A DNA stretch of 64,000 nucleotides from an uncultured Clostridia bacterium (lineage in GTDB: Bacteria; Bacillota; Clostridia; Christensenellales; Borkfalkiaceae). The position numbers and the translations under genes are program-made. The stretch spans positions 61,266 to 125,265 of the forward strand of contig CANQFB010000001.1 in assembly GCA_947598205.1 (NCBI GenBank). The letters run 5' to 3'. The notes under the pieces are model-generated. The model saw only the letters and a program-made list of their open reading frames with translations, searched no databases and was not told the origin of the DNA. Below are positions 17,931 through 27,877 of the stretch, one piece after another (the stretch's first letter is position 1; every line of letters begins with the position of its first letter).

Positions 17931-20900
17931 AAGATTTTTTCTCCTATGAACAACTCGGAGGCGATTACCCGCTCCTTGGCGCCGACCTTTCGGGCGGAGC
18001 TCCCACGGCGGCGTTCGGCCTCTCCGATCCCCTCAAATACCTCACCTGCGCACTTTTTTGTGGGCGGGCGATTTATATTACGGCGGATGCGCTCTCGGCA
18101 AAGCGGGCGGCGGACGCCATTTCCGCCCTTTCGGGGAAAAGGGTCGCCCTTCTTCCCGCCAAAGACGAAGTTCTCACCTTCCGCAAGGCCCTCTCCAAAG
18201 ATAATCTATACAGGCGGCTTACCGCCCTCTACGAATGGGAGAGGGGGGCGGATGTGCTCGTCGCCGACGTCGAGGCCCTCGTCCAGCTCGTCCCCAAGAA
18301 GCTCCCCGTCTTTCACCTCGAAACGGGCAAGGAGACGGATATGCAGGCGCTCGTCGCCGCCCTCGCCGCGGCGGGCTATGCGCGCGGATACGCGGTGGAA
18401 GGAAAGGGGGCGTTCGCCGTGCGCGGCGACATTCTCGATATTTATCCCGTCAACTGCGAACACCCCGTGCGTATCGACTTTTTCGGCGACGAGGTGGAGG
18501 CGGTAAAGCCCTACGACGAGACGACGGGCGAACGCTACCCCAAACTTTCCTCCATCGACATCGTTGCGGCGACCGACGTCGTGCTCTCCGAGGGCGATGC
18601 CGCCCGCATCCGAGAGGAACTCGCAAAGGCCGTGAAGGGGGCGAAAACTTCCGCGCAGTATGCCCGTTTATCGGAGATCGCCTCCGCTCTGGAGAGCATG
18701 GGCTATCTCTCCGATTTTATCCTGCCTCTGACGGAAAACGCGGGGGGCATGTCTGCGATCGCCCCGCCCGATACCCTCTTTATTCTCGACGAGAGCAAGC
18801 TCATCCGCGATAAATTGGACGGGCTGTATTCCGAGCATGCCGAGCGGTATGCCGTCCTCTTGGAAGGGGGCGAGAGCATGCCCTTTTCCATGGCGCAGTA
18901 TATCCCCGAAAGGGAGGCCTACGACCTTTCTTCCCGCCGCGCTCTCGCGCTGTCTGCCTTCGTCGGCAACATCGGATTTTTCAACCCCCTCAAAGTTTAC
19001 AACTTCACTGCGGCCCCCGCGCGCCGCTATCTCAATTCCCTTCCCGATCTTATATCCGATGTGCGCGCATGGAAGAAGACGGGCTACCGCGTCATGCTCT
19101 TCGCGGGGAGCGGCGAGCGTGCGAGAAAGATCGGCGAGGCCTTCTCCGACGCCGGCCTCTCCTATTCCTACGACCTTCCCGCAAAACTCATGGACATGAG
19201 CGGCGCGGTCATCCTTTCCGAAACCCTCGCAAACGGCTTTCTCCTCCATGAATGCAAGCTCGCCGTCATCGGCACGGGAGATCTCTTCACCAAGGCCGCC
19301 TCCGCCCGAAGGATCAAACACAGGCGGGGGGATCTCTTCCTCGCGCCCGAGGTGGGGGACTTCGCCGTCCACGAGACGTACGGCGTCGGGCGGATCACGG
19401 GGACGAAGAAGATCGAGACGACCGACGGCGTAAAGGAATACATCGCCCTCGAATACAGCGGGGGCGACGCCCTATATGTGCCCGTCGAGCAGATGGACGT
19501 CCTCTCCAAATACATGGGCGGGGAGAACCCCACCCTCTCCAAGATCGGCGGGGGGGAGTTCGAGCGCGTCAAGGCGCGGGTGCGGGCCAGCCTCAAAAAG
19601 ATGGCCTTCGACCTCAAGGCGCTGTATGCCGAACGGCAGGAGAGGCGCGGGTACGTCTTCCCCGAATATCCCGAGGAGATGGATGAATTCGCGGCCGCCT
19701 TCCCCTACGAAGAGACCCCCGACCAACTGCAATCCATCGCCGAGATCGTGGCCGATATGTGTTCGGAGAAGGTGATGGACAGGCTGCTTTGCGGCGATGT
19801 CGGCTTCGGCAAGACGGAAGTCGCCCTGCGCGCCGCATATCTCTGCATTTTAGCGGGCAGGCAGGCCGCCCTCATGTGCCCGAGCACCGTCCTCTCCGAA
19901 CAGCATTTCCGCACGGCGGAGGCGCGCATGAAGGAGTTCGGCGTGCGCGTTTCCTGCCTGAACCGCTTCCGCACCGAGCGGGAACAGAAGAACATCCTCG
20001 CGGCGGCCGAGAGGGGGGAGATCGACCTTCTCATCGGCACCCACCGCCTCCTCTCTTCCGACGTGAAATTTCACGATCTCGGCCTTCTCATCCTCGACGA
20101 GGAACAGCGATTCGGCGTCGAACATAAAGAGAAGATCAAAAACGTCAAGCGGAACGTCGATTGCCTCACGATGACGGCGACGCCCATCCCGCGCACATTG
20201 CACCTCTCCCTTTCGGGCATCCGCGACATCTCCACCATCCAGACGCCGCCGCAGGCCCGCCTCCCCGTACAGACCTATGTCGCCGAGGAATCGGAGACCC
20301 TGATCCGCGACGCGCTCCTGCGCGAGATCGCGAGAGGCGGGCAGGTCTTCCTCCTCTATAACCGCGTGGAGAGCATCCGCGCCTTCGCCGCCCGCATCGC
20401 CGAGATCGTGCCCGAAGCCCGCGTCACCGTCGCCCACGGCAGAATGGACCATGCGGCGCTCGAGGGGAACGTCTTCGGCTTCTACCGCGGGGAGTACGAC
20501 GTGCTCGTCACAACGACCATCATCGAGAACGGCGTCGATCTGCCCAACGCGAATACCCTGATCGTCATCGACGCAGATAGGCTCGGCATCTCCCAGCTCT
20601 ACCAACTCCGCGGAAGGGTGGGCCGCGGGACGCGTCTCGCGCACGCCTATTTCACCTATAAGCCCGAAAGGGTCATGACGGAGACGGCCGCCGAACGCCT
20701 CAAGGCCATCATGCAGTTCACCGAACTCGGCTCGGGCTTTCGGATCGCCATGCGCGACCTCGAGATCCGCGGGGCGGGGAACGTCCTCGGCGCCGAACAG
20801 CACGGCCACATGGACAAGATCGGTTACGAGCTCTACGCTAAGATCTTGCGGGAGGAGCTCACGGGGGAGCGGGAGGAGACCGTCGACCTCGACATCAAGA

Positions 20901-21316
20901 CGACGGCCTTCATTCCCGAGAGCTATATCGAATCCAATGCGGGGCGCATGGATTGCTACAAGCAGATCGCCGAGATCAGGAATGCGGAGGATTACAAGCG
21001 GGTTTGCGCCTCGATGGAGGAGAGCTACGGCCCTCTGCCCGAGCCCACCCTAAACCTCCTCATCATCGCCGTGATGAAGCGCTATGCCTCCCGCCTCAAG
21101 GTGAAGAAGATCTCCGTCGGGCCCAAGGGGGGCGCGCTCACCTTCACGGGGCTTGCCGCCCTCGAAAAACTCGACGGCGCGATGCAAAAATACGGGAGCT
21201 TTTTGAGCCTTGAAATGACGACGGCGCCCATCCTCCGCTTCCAAAATATGGGCAAGGGCGGCAAGACTTTGCTCCTCATGACGAAATTTTTGAAGTTTGC
21301 CGCAACTTTTCACTGA
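17927..21316 (+). CDS. mfd: transcription-repair coupling factor
   Basis: 1129 aa, follows pth. CarD-like FAVHETYGVGRI; SF2 helicase motifs GDVGFGKTEVA and DEEQRFGV; TRCF C-terminal region. Confidence 0.95.
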   Translation: MKDFFSYEQLGGDYPLLGADLSGGAPTAAFGLSDPLKYLTCALFCGRAIYITADALSAKRAADAISALSGKRVALLPAKDEVLTFRKALSKDNLYRRLTALYEWERGADVLVADVEALVQLVPKKLPVFHLETGKETDMQALVAALAAAGYARGYAVEGKGAFAVRGDILDIYPVNCEHPVRIDFFGDEVEAVKPYDETTGERYPKLSSIDIVAATDVVLSEGDAARIREELAKAVKGAKTSAQYARLSEIASALESMGYLSDFILPLTENAGGMSAIAPPDTLFILDESKLIRDKLDGLYSEHAERYAVLLEGGESMPFSMAQYIPEREAYDLSSRRALALSAFVGNIGFFNPLKVYNFTAAPARRYLNSLPDLISDVRAWKKTGYRVMLFAGSGERARKIGEAFSDAGLSYSYDLPAKLMDMSGAVILSETLANGFLLHECKLAVIGTGDLFTKAASARRIKHRRGDLFLAPEVGDFAVHETYGVGRITGTKKIETTDGVKEYIALEYSGGDALYVPVEQMDVLSKYMGGENPTLSKIGGGEFERVKARVRASLKKMAFDLKALYAERQERRGYVFPEYPEEMDEFAAAFPYEETPDQLQSIAEIVADMCSEKVMDRLLCGDVGFGKTEVALRAAYLCILAGRQAALMCPSTVLSEQHFRTAEARMKEFGVRVSCLNRFRTEREQKNILAAAERGEIDLLIGTHRLLSSDVKFHDLGLLILDEEQRFGVEHKEKIKNVKRNVDCLTMTATPIPRTLHLSLSGIRDISTIQTPPQARLPVQTYVAEESETLIRDALLREIARGGQVFLLYNRVESIRAFAARIAEIVPEARVTVAHGRMDHAALEGNVFGFYRGEYDVLVTTTIIENGVDLPNANTLIVIDADRLGISQLYQLRGRVGRGTRLAHAYFTYKPERVMTETAAERLKAIMQFTELGSGFRIAMRDLEIRGAGNVLGAEQHGHMDKIGYELYAKILREELTGEREETVDLDIKTTAFIPESYIESNAGRMDCYKQIAEIRNAEDYKRVCASMEESYGPLPEPTLNLLIIAVMKRYASRLKVKKISVGPKGGALTFTGLAALEKLDGAMQKYGSFLSLEMTTAPILRFQNMGKGGKTLLLMTKFLKFAATFH

Positions 21317-21333
21317 ATTTCCCCGAAAAATAT

Positions 21334-21362
21334 TTGCACCTTTCGGAAAAATACGTTATAAT
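21334..21362 (+). promoter_or_regulatory. sigma-A-type promoter for 21424 gene
   Basis: TTGCAC (21334-21339), 17-nt spacer, TATAAT (21357-21362). Confidence 0.5.
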
Positions 21363-21423
21363 AGGGAAAGTATGAGAGCGTGCGCCCATGCGCGCGCATG
21401 AAACTTAAATCGGAGTTTACCTT

Positions 21424-23610
21424 ATGAATGCAAAAAAGAAGACGGCGGCGATCGCCCTTGCGGCAGTATTCGCGTGTGGCGCGCTCGCGGGGTGCGATGC
21501 GCTCACGGTCCACAATCTCACGGTCGATTACAACCGCACTGCGGCTACGGTCAATATTACCGAAGGAAAGGATTTCGCGGAGGGCGGGCAATTCGCCTCT
21601 CTCAAGGGGACGGACGTCATCGGCGATTCCTCCATCCTCAAGCGCGAGCTCGTGTTGAGCTTCCTCTCCAACGGCACCAATCTCGTCCAATACTATGGCA
21701 TGACCGTCGAGCAGGCCTTCGATTATCTCCTCGATTCCCTCATCCAGCGCGAGGTGAACGTCCAATACGCCAAGGCCTATCTCATGACGTACGGCGATGC
21801 CGACGGACACACCTATAGCACCGGCGGCTACGATACGGCCGTCGGCAATGCGGGGGCGGAGGCCTCCGAGGCCAAGAAGGAGGCCGCGGGCCTTGCATAC
21901 TTCCTCACCGAGGACGAAAAGGAAAAGGCGCTCTACGATCTGCGCGTCGCCATCAACGACGCGATCGACAATCAAGAAGAGGGCCTCATCAAGGCAGTGG
22001 AGGACGATCACGACCACACCGCCGACTCGGATGTGCGCACCCTCCCGACGGGCGCAGAGACGGTCAAGGACGACTATTTCGACGTCGATTACCGCATCTA
22101 CACGGGCAAGGAGCTCAACGTCGGTTCTTACGAGAAGCTCGACGGTTCCACCGTCGCGACGCGCAAAGCGGCCTACAACCTCTTCATCACCAACCTCTAC
22201 AGCGGCGACCAGCTCGAAAAGGGCGAGGATACGACCAAACTCGAAGAGACGAACTATTTTGCCCGCCAGCTCGTCTCCCAATACAAATCTACTCTGCTGA
22301 CCAAGCTCAACGATAAGTTCGAGAAAGAGGCGGTGGAAGGTCTCGATGAGGATTGGGCGAAAGAACTTTACGGTAAGGCGGTCGAAACCCAAAAGGCGGA
22401 GTTTGCAGACGACCAGTCGGGCTTCGAGGAGGCCTTCAACGCCATCTCGGATACCTCCTTCGTCTTTACCCCCTACGGCGGGCAGTACAATTACGGCTAT
22501 GTGCTCAACATCCTGCTTCCCTTCTCCACGTTGCAGACGGAGGAGCTCTCGAGCTTCACGAACGACCTCGGCGATGCGAAGGGGGCAAAATATGCGGCCC
22601 GCGCCCGCCTCCTCGAGAAGGTGAAGGCGACCGACCAGCGCGGCACATGGTTCACGGGCCACGAGAACTATTCGTATGAAGCGGAGGGCTACACGGGCGA
22701 TGACGAGAACCGTAGCTACCTCTTCTTCGAGAACAGCTTCACCAAGAGCGACGACGTCAAGGATACAGAAGGTAAAGTTACGCAGTCGGCGCAATATGAG
22801 AAGATCAAGAACTACCTCGGCAAGTACTCCTACAACGGCACCGTCGATTTCGACGACGACGGCGACGTCGAGAAGACCGATCCCAACCCCATCACCATCA
22901 ACGGCTTCCTCGACGAGATGAAGGGATATATGAAGTTTGCAGATGCCTTTACAGATGCCGACCTCGAATTCACGACGTCAGGCACGGTCAATGATATCAA
23001 GCTCTTCAGCCATGACACTTTGACGAACTACTTCACCAATGAGGACTTCTATCAAACAGACGGCAAAGTGGACTACAGCAAGTTCATCTACGAAGTCGGC
23101 AAGGTGAAGGCGTTCGTAGGCGGGAAGTTCGACCCCAACAAGATGTTCGCCGCGGGCTCTCCCGAAAATACCGCCTTCTCCGTCATAAACGAACTCTCCT
23201 TCGCGTATAATACGGATACAGCAGGTCTCAATTCCTACCTCGGCTACATGATCTCGCCCTATAAGACCTCGTATATGAAGGAGTTCGAGTATGCGGCACA
23301 GCTTGCGGTGCGCCTCGGCGCGGGCGGCTATACCGTCGTGCCCACCGACTACGGCTGGCATATCATCTATTGTACCTTCTCCTTCGTGGACGTGAAAGAT
23401 AAGGACGCGGCCTTCGACTTCGACTTTGCCGAGACGAAGGGGGGCGCATCGGAAGTGGAGAACAGCTTCTCCTATCTCTACTTTGAACAGCTCAAGTCGC
23501 AGGTCGTCGATTCCGTGGTCTCGGGCCGCCAGAGCGACATCCTTGTGGAATATTCCGACGACAGCGCGACCAAGCACGCAGAGGTGTATAAGGATCTCTT
23601 GAGACTCTGA
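21424..23610 (+). CDS. large lipoprotein, SurA/PrsA-like foldase (degenerate parvulin domain)
   Basis: Lipobox ALAGC. C-terminal YTVVPTDYGWHIIYC resembles the PpiC/parvulin core. The position after mfd is typical of PrsA-like genes in Clostridia. Confidence 0.55.
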   Translation: MNAKKKTAAIALAAVFACGALAGCDALTVHNLTVDYNRTAATVNITEGKDFAEGGQFASLKGTDVIGDSSILKRELVLSFLSNGTNLVQYYGMTVEQAFDYLLDSLIQREVNVQYAKAYLMTYGDADGHTYSTGGYDTAVGNAGAEASEAKKEAAGLAYFLTEDEKEKALYDLRVAINDAIDNQEEGLIKAVEDDHDHTADSDVRTLPTGAETVKDDYFDVDYRIYTGKELNVGSYEKLDGSTVATRKAAYNLFITNLYSGDQLEKGEDTTKLEETNYFARQLVSQYKSTLLTKLNDKFEKEAVEGLDEDWAKELYGKAVETQKAEFADDQSGFEEAFNAISDTSFVFTPYGGQYNYGYVLNILLPFSTLQTEELSSFTNDLGDAKGAKYAARARLLEKVKATDQRGTWFTGHENYSYEAEGYTGDDENRSYLFFENSFTKSDDVKDTEGKVTQSAQYEKIKNYLGKYSYNGTVDFDDDGDVEKTDPNPITINGFLDEMKGYMKFADAFTDADLEFTTSGTVNDIKLFSHDTLTNYFTNEDFYQTDGKVDYSKFIYEVGKVKAFVGGKFDPNKMFAAGSPENTAFSVINELSFAYNTDTAGLNSYLGYMISPYKTSYMKEFEYAAQLAVRLGAGGYTVVPTDYGWHIIYCTFSFVDVKDKDAAFDFDFAETKGGASEVENSFSYLYFEQLKSQVVDSVVSGRQSDILVEYSDDSATKHAEVYKDLLRL

Positions 23611-23631
23611 ATTTCATCGTTCGGGTCTTGA

Positions 23632-24456
23632 ATGGAATTTTTCAAAACGGTCATAAAATATCTATTGCTCGGTACGGTGCAGGGACTCTGTGAGTTCCTG
23701 CCCGTTTCTTCTTCGGGGCATCTCGTCCTCCTGCAACATGCGCTCGGGCTCAACCGCTCGGGCGGCGGCATGACTTTCCTCAATCTCATGTTGCACTTCG
23801 GCACACTGATCTCCGTCGTCGCCGTCTTCCATAGAGAGATCGCCGCCCTCTTCAGGCGGCCCTTCAAGCCCCTCATCATGCTCTTTGCCGCCACCGTTCC
23901 CGCGGCGCTCTCGGGCATTCTTTTCGAAGAGAAGATCGATGCGCTCTTCGCGGGGGAAAGGGGCGTCTTCTGCCTCTCTTTATGCTTTGCGGCCACGGCG
24001 GCGATGCTCCTTTTATGCGAGATCGTCGTGCGGCGCAGGAAGCGTATCCGCCCGCTCTCTTGGGCGCAGACGTCGGCCATGGGGGTCATGCAGGCCGTCG
24101 CCATCCTTCCCGGGATCTCGCGAAGCGGTTCGACCATCGCCGCGGGCACGCTCGCGGGGGCCCGCCCCGATGAGGCCGCGCGCTTTTCCTTCCTCATGAG
24201 CGTTCCCGTCATTTTGGGCGGTTTTCTTTTGGGCGTGAAGGATGCGGCGCTCTCTCCCGCCATCGTCTTTGCGGGGGTCGGGGCGGCCGAGATCGTCGGC
24301 ATGATTTTGGGCGTGGCGGCGGCCGCCGTTTCGGGCTATTTTGCGATCGGGCTCGTCATGAAGACGCTCGGCAGGGCGAACTATCGGTATTTCGCACTCT
24401 ACCTCATCCTGCTTTCCGTCTTCTCCATGACGCTCTCTCTTTTGGGAATTTTATAA
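23632..24456 (+). CDS. uppP: undecaprenyl-diphosphate phosphatase
   Basis: BacA/UppP motifs GTVQGLCEFLPVSSSGHL and PGISRSGSTI. 8-TM-like hydrophobic profile. Confidence 0.9.
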   Translation: MEFFKTVIKYLLLGTVQGLCEFLPVSSSGHLVLLQHALGLNRSGGGMTFLNLMLHFGTLISVVAVFHREIAALFRRPFKPLIMLFAATVPAALSGILFEEKIDALFAGERGVFCLSLCFAATAAMLLLCEIVVRRRKRIRPLSWAQTSAMGVMQAVAILPGISRSGSTIAAGTLAGARPDEAARFSFLMSVPVILGGFLLGVKDAALSPAIVFAGVGAAEIVGMILGVAAAAVSGYFAIGLVMKTLGRANYRYFALYLILLSVFSMTLSLLGIL

Positions 24457-24513
24457 GCGAAGCATAAAAGCCGACCGCCTCCGCATACTGCCTGCGAAAG
24501 GAGGTGAAAGGCT

Positions 24514-24666
24514 ATGAAACTCAATTCGGGCGACGTGTGCCCCAAGACGGGCGCATACAACGTGATCGACAGGAACGGCAAGGTGATCAACACCGTTTAC
24601 GTCGGAGAAGGGGAGACGATGCCCCCCACGCAGTTCTCCGGTTGCTACTACGAGAGCGAAAAATAA
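24514..24666 (+). CDS. YjzC-like small protein
   Basis: 50-aa ORF, below the ORF-track cutoff. GGAGG RBS 7 nt upstream. SGDVCPKTGAYNV...GEGETMPPT follows the YjzC-family pattern. Terminator directly downstream. Confidence 0.5.
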   Translation: MKLNSGDVCPKTGAYNVIDRNGKVINTVYVGEGETMPPTQFSGCYYESEK

Positions 24667-24672
24667 TTCTTC

Positions 24673-24698
24673 GGCTTCCCTGATCGGAAGCCTTTTTT
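24673..24698 (+). terminator. rho-independent terminator
   Basis: Stem ggcttcc/ggaagcc with 6-nt loop, then a T6 run. Confidence 0.65.
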
Positions 24699-24716
24699 AT
24701 TTTTATGTATTTTCTC

Positions 24717-24745
24717 TTGACAAATACCTATAATATAATTATAAT
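24717..24745 (+). promoter_or_regulatory. brnTA promoter with tandem 11-mer
   Basis: TTGACA (24717-24722), 17-nt spacer, TATAAT (24740-24745). TATAATATAAT repeated in tandem (24729-24750). ATG at 24752 lies about 7 nt after the -10 with no SD. Confidence 0.55.
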
Positions 24746-24751
24746 ATAATT

Positions 24752-25045
24752 ATGGAAGACATAAAATTTGAATGGGATGCGCAGAAGAACGAGATCAACA
24801 TCAAAAAACATGGGATCTCTTTCGAGGAGGCAAAGACGGTGTTTTATGACGAGGAAGCGCTCGTGATAAACGACCCCGAGCATTCACAAAGCGAGGAGCG
24901 CTTCATTATCCTCGGCATGAGCAGGAAGGCGAACCTACTTGTCGTATGTCATTGTTTCCGAAGCGCCGACTGCGTGATCAGAATAATTTCCGCCCGCAAG
25001 GCAACAAAGAACGAATCAAATTTTTATGGAAGGAGAGGAAAATAA
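24752..25045 (+). CDS. brnT: BrnT-family (DUF497) ribonuclease toxin
   Basis: FEWDAQKNEINIKKHGISFEEAKTVFYD...RIISARKAT matches the DUF497/BrnT pattern. Confidence 0.85.
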   Translation: MEDIKFEWDAQKNEINIKKHGISFEEAKTVFYDEEALVINDPEHSQSEERFIILGMSRKANLLVVCHCFRSADCVIRIISARKATKNESNFYGRRGK

Positions 25046-25046
25046 C

Positions 25047-25256
25047 ATGAAAGAGGAATATGATTTTTCAAATGCAAAAAAGAACCCGTATGTGCGCAGT
25101 CTGAAAAAGCAGATCACGATCAATCTCGATGGGGACACCGTCGAGTATTTCAAACGTCTTGCAGAAAAGACGGGCATTCCCTATCAAACGCTCATCAATC
25201 TCTATCTTACCGAGTGCGCGAAGGGGGGCAAAGAGCCGAAGGTGATCTGGAGCTGA
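25047..25256 (+). CDS. brnA: BrnA-family antitoxin
   Basis: ATG 25047, one base after the brnT stop, RBS GGAGAGG. 69 aa; EEYDFSNAKKNPY...INLDGDTVEYFKRLAEKTGIPYQTLINLYL is BrnA/RHH-like. Confidence 0.8.
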   Translation: MKEEYDFSNAKKNPYVRSLKKQITINLDGDTVEYFKRLAEKTGIPYQTLINLYLTECAKGGKEPKVIWS

Positions 25257-25288
25257 ACGCCCGACTTCCATTTTAAGAGCAAACGAAA

Positions 25289-25323
25289 GGCTTCTCCCAT
25301 ACAAAAGGAGAAGCCGATTTTTT
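25289..25323 (+). terminator. rho-independent terminator after brnA
   Basis: Stem ggcttctcc/ggagaagcc followed by a T6 run. Confidence 0.65.
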
Positions 25324-25415
25324 GCTCGTCGAACGTTTGTCATCCCTAATGACGCCCATTCCATTCACCCTTTTTCTTCCCCCCGCATAGCATGGGAAAG
25401 TAAAAAAAGGGGGGA

Positions 25416-25901
25416 ATGTGCATGCAAGAAGACGTCACGGCCGCAAGGGAGATCGTAAAAAACAGCAACGTGTTAAAGCTTGTCGCGCCCGCCTATGCGG
25501 GCAGAAACGGGGCGCTCACGGCCGCCCTGCAATACACCTATCAGGTCATCCTTCTCGGCGGAGAGCATGCGGAGGAGGGGAAGCGGCTCGAAAAGATCGC
25601 CGCCGCAAAACTGCTTGAATTGCAAAAATTGGGCACGCTCATCCAAAAATTAGGGGCAGACCCCGTCCTCACGGCCTGCCCGCCCTATCCCGTCTCCTAC
25701 TATTCCGCCTCCTGCGTGGACTATGTGAAGTCGCTCCCCGCCATGCTCGAGGCCGATCTCCGCCTCGAACGCGCCGCCGCCGAACGGTATGCGCGCATCC
25801 TTCCCGCGCTCGACGGGCGCACGGCCGCGGCCGTCTTCGCCCTCAAAGAGGGGTGCGAAGAAAACATCAGGGCGCTCGAGGATCTGAGAAACCTCCTATG
25901 A
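25416..25901 (+). CDS. ferritin-like protein (manganese-catalase/CotJC-like, probably non-catalytic)
   Basis: 161 aa. GRNGALTAALQYTYQ parallels the GELAAALRYLNQ helix of CotJC-type proteins. Metal ligands not obviously conserved. Confidence 0.45.
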   Translation: MCMQEDVTAAREIVKNSNVLKLVAPAYAGRNGALTAALQYTYQVILLGGEHAEEGKRLEKIAAAKLLELQKLGTLIQKLGADPVLTACPPYPVSYYSASCVDYVKSLPAMLEADLRLERAAAERYARILPALDGRTAAAVFALKEGCEENIRALEDLRNLL

Positions 25902-26624
25902 GCCCTCCCGCTTTTCGGGTATAAATTTCCAATAGCGCACGGGCATATAGCCGCGCATCTGTTTGAGCCGCTCCCGCGAGGGGATATTCACGCTCTTATA
26001 GTACTTCTTCCAAAGATCCTGCCAAGCCTCTTCATCGGAGGAGAGGGCCAGCTCTGCCCGCTCGAGGGGGGCGGTGAAGACATGTTTCCCGTCGAAGACG
26101 GCCGCCTTCTTCCGCCCTACATCGTGGATGACGAAGGGGAATTCGCAGAGCCGTGTGCGGAAGTGGGGCACGAGCAGGTCGCAGATGTCGTTATCGGGGG
26201 AGAAGGGGGCATAGAGCGCGCCGCTCTCGCATTCCATGAAGCGCAAAAATCCGTGGAAGCGGTGGATCTCGAATTCCACCCTGCGGATGCATTCCTCGGC
26301 GGCGGCCACGGCGTCTTCCGCGAGCATCTTCCTCACGGGGCAACCACGCGCCGCAATGAGTTTGAAATAGCCGAAGGCCACGGCGTCGCGGTCCTCCTGC
26401 CCGCTCCGAAGGAGGAGATCGAGCTCGTGCAGGCAATCTTTATCAAGTTCTTTCAGGCGCGCCTCCGCCCGCCTCGCCCGCTCCCTGTCGGCGCAGACGA
26501 ACACCGATCTCTGCCCGATGGAAAGTTGTGCCGCATGCGAGACGAGCACGGCGTCCTCATCGGGATAGGCGATGAGGAAGGCCGTAAGAAAGGCGTCTTT
26601 AGTTCCGTCGTAAAAATAGATCAT
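25896..26624 (-). CDS. DUF4130 / TIGR03915-type probable DNA metabolism protein
   Basis: N-terminus MIYFYDGTKDAFLTAFLIAY is typical of the partner of TIGR03916 radical-SAM proteins. 4-nt overlap with the upstream radical-SAM gene. Confidence 0.75.
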   Translation of the reverse strand: MIYFYDGTKDAFLTAFLIAYPDEDAVLVSHAAQLSIGQRSVFVCADRERARRAEARLKELDKDCLHELDLLLRSGQEDRDAVAFGYFKLIAARGCPVRKMLAEDAVAAAEECIRRVEFEIHRFHGFLRFMECESGALYAPFSPDNDICDLLVPHFRTRLCEFPFVIHDVGRKKAAVFDGKHVFTAPLERAELALSSDEEAWQDLWKKYYKSVNIPSRERLKQMRGYMPVRYWKFIPEKREGS

Positions 26625-27877
26625 AATTCCCCCGAAAGCGCCGAGCGCGCCGTCTCGGGATCGGAGAAGAGGGAAAGTTGCGTCGCCTGCGCCGCTCGCT
26701 CCCCCGCGGCGAGAAGGCCTCTGATCTTCGCCTCGCCCTCCGATCCGTAAAATTTACCGTTTGCCGTGATAAAATGCCGCGCCCGTTTCAGGACGACGCG
26801 CATTTTTTTGAGGTCTTCAAATGTGAGTTTTGTATATCTTCGCGCCTCCATGATCTTATAGGCGCTTCGGGCGCCGATCCCGGGCACGCGCAGAAGGACT
26901 TCGAGGGGCGCGCGGTTGACTTCGACGGGGAAAAACTGCATGTGCGAGAGCGCCCACGCGCATTTCGGGTCGAAGTCGGGGGAGAGGTTTCCGTCCTCCT
27001 CTATGAGTTCCTCGGCCGAAAAGCCGTAGAACCTGAGGAGCCAATCGGCCTGATAGAGGCGGTGCTCCCGCAGGCTTCCCGCGGGCGTATCCGGAAGAAG
27101 CGCGTCGTGCACCACGGGCACATAGGAGGAAAAATACACCCGCTTGAGTTCGGCCGTGCGGTAGAGGCTCTGCGTGAGCCGCAGGATTTGCCCGTCGGGC
27201 TCGGGTGAAGCCCCCACGATGAGCTGGGTCGTCTGCCCCGCGGGGAGAAAATGGCCCTTGCGCTTCTCCTCGCGGAAGATGCGCCGCTCCCTTTGCAGTT
27301 GCCGCATGGGGGCAAGGAGGCTCTGCTTGCTCTTTTGCGGGGCGAGGAGCTGAAGGCTTGCCTCGGTGGGCAGTTCGATATTATAGCTCATGCGGTCGGC
27401 ATACAGAGCGGCCTCATGCACGAGGAGCGGATCGGCGCGGGGAATGCCCTTCAGATGAATATATCCGTGGAAGTTGTATTCCGTGCGGAGCTTCTTCACG
27501 GTGAGAAGAAGCTGTTCCATCGCGAAATCGGGCGATCTCACCACGGCGGAGGAGAGGAAGAGCCCCTCGATGTAGTTCCGCTTATAGAAGTCGATCGTGA
27601 GCTCGCAGATCTCCTCGGGCGTGGCCGTCGCGCGGGGGGTATCGGCGTCCGCGCGGGACATGCAGTATTTGCAACGAAAGATACAGTCGTTGGAGAGCAA
27701 AATTTTGAGCAGGGAGATACACCGCCCGTCGGGCGTAAAGGAATGGCAGCATCCCGCGATATAGCCGTTCCCGATGCCGCCCTCGTTTTTTCTTGCGCTC
27801 CCCGAAGAGGAACACGATACGTCGTATTTTGCGCTCTCGGTGAGGATCTTCAACTTCTCCGTTGCGATCATAACCAT
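26621..27877 (-). CDS. putative DNA modification/repair radical SAM protein (TIGR03916-type)
   Basis: Start set to MVMIATEKLKILTESAKYDVSCSSSG (27877); the ORF-track start 28003 adds an AT-rich extension. Radical-SAM cluster CIFRCKYC. Confidence 0.8.
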   Translation of the reverse strand: MVMIATEKLKILTESAKYDVSCSSSGSARKNEGGIGNGYIAGCCHSFTPDGRCISLLKILLSNDCIFRCKYCMSRADADTPRATATPEEICELTIDFYKRNYIEGLFLSSAVVRSPDFAMEQLLLTVKKLRTEYNFHGYIHLKGIPRADPLLVHEAALYADRMSYNIELPTEASLQLLAPQKSKQSLLAPMRQLQRERRIFREEKRKGHFLPAGQTTQLIVGASPEPDGQILRLTQSLYRTAELKRVYFSSYVPVVHDALLPDTPAGSLREHRLYQADWLLRFYGFSAEELIEEDGNLSPDFDPKCAWALSHMQFFPVEVNRAPLEVLLRVPGIGARSAYKIMEARRYTKLTFEDLKKMRVVLKRARHFITANGKFYGSEGEAKIRGLLAAGERAAQATQLSLFSDPETARSALSGEL

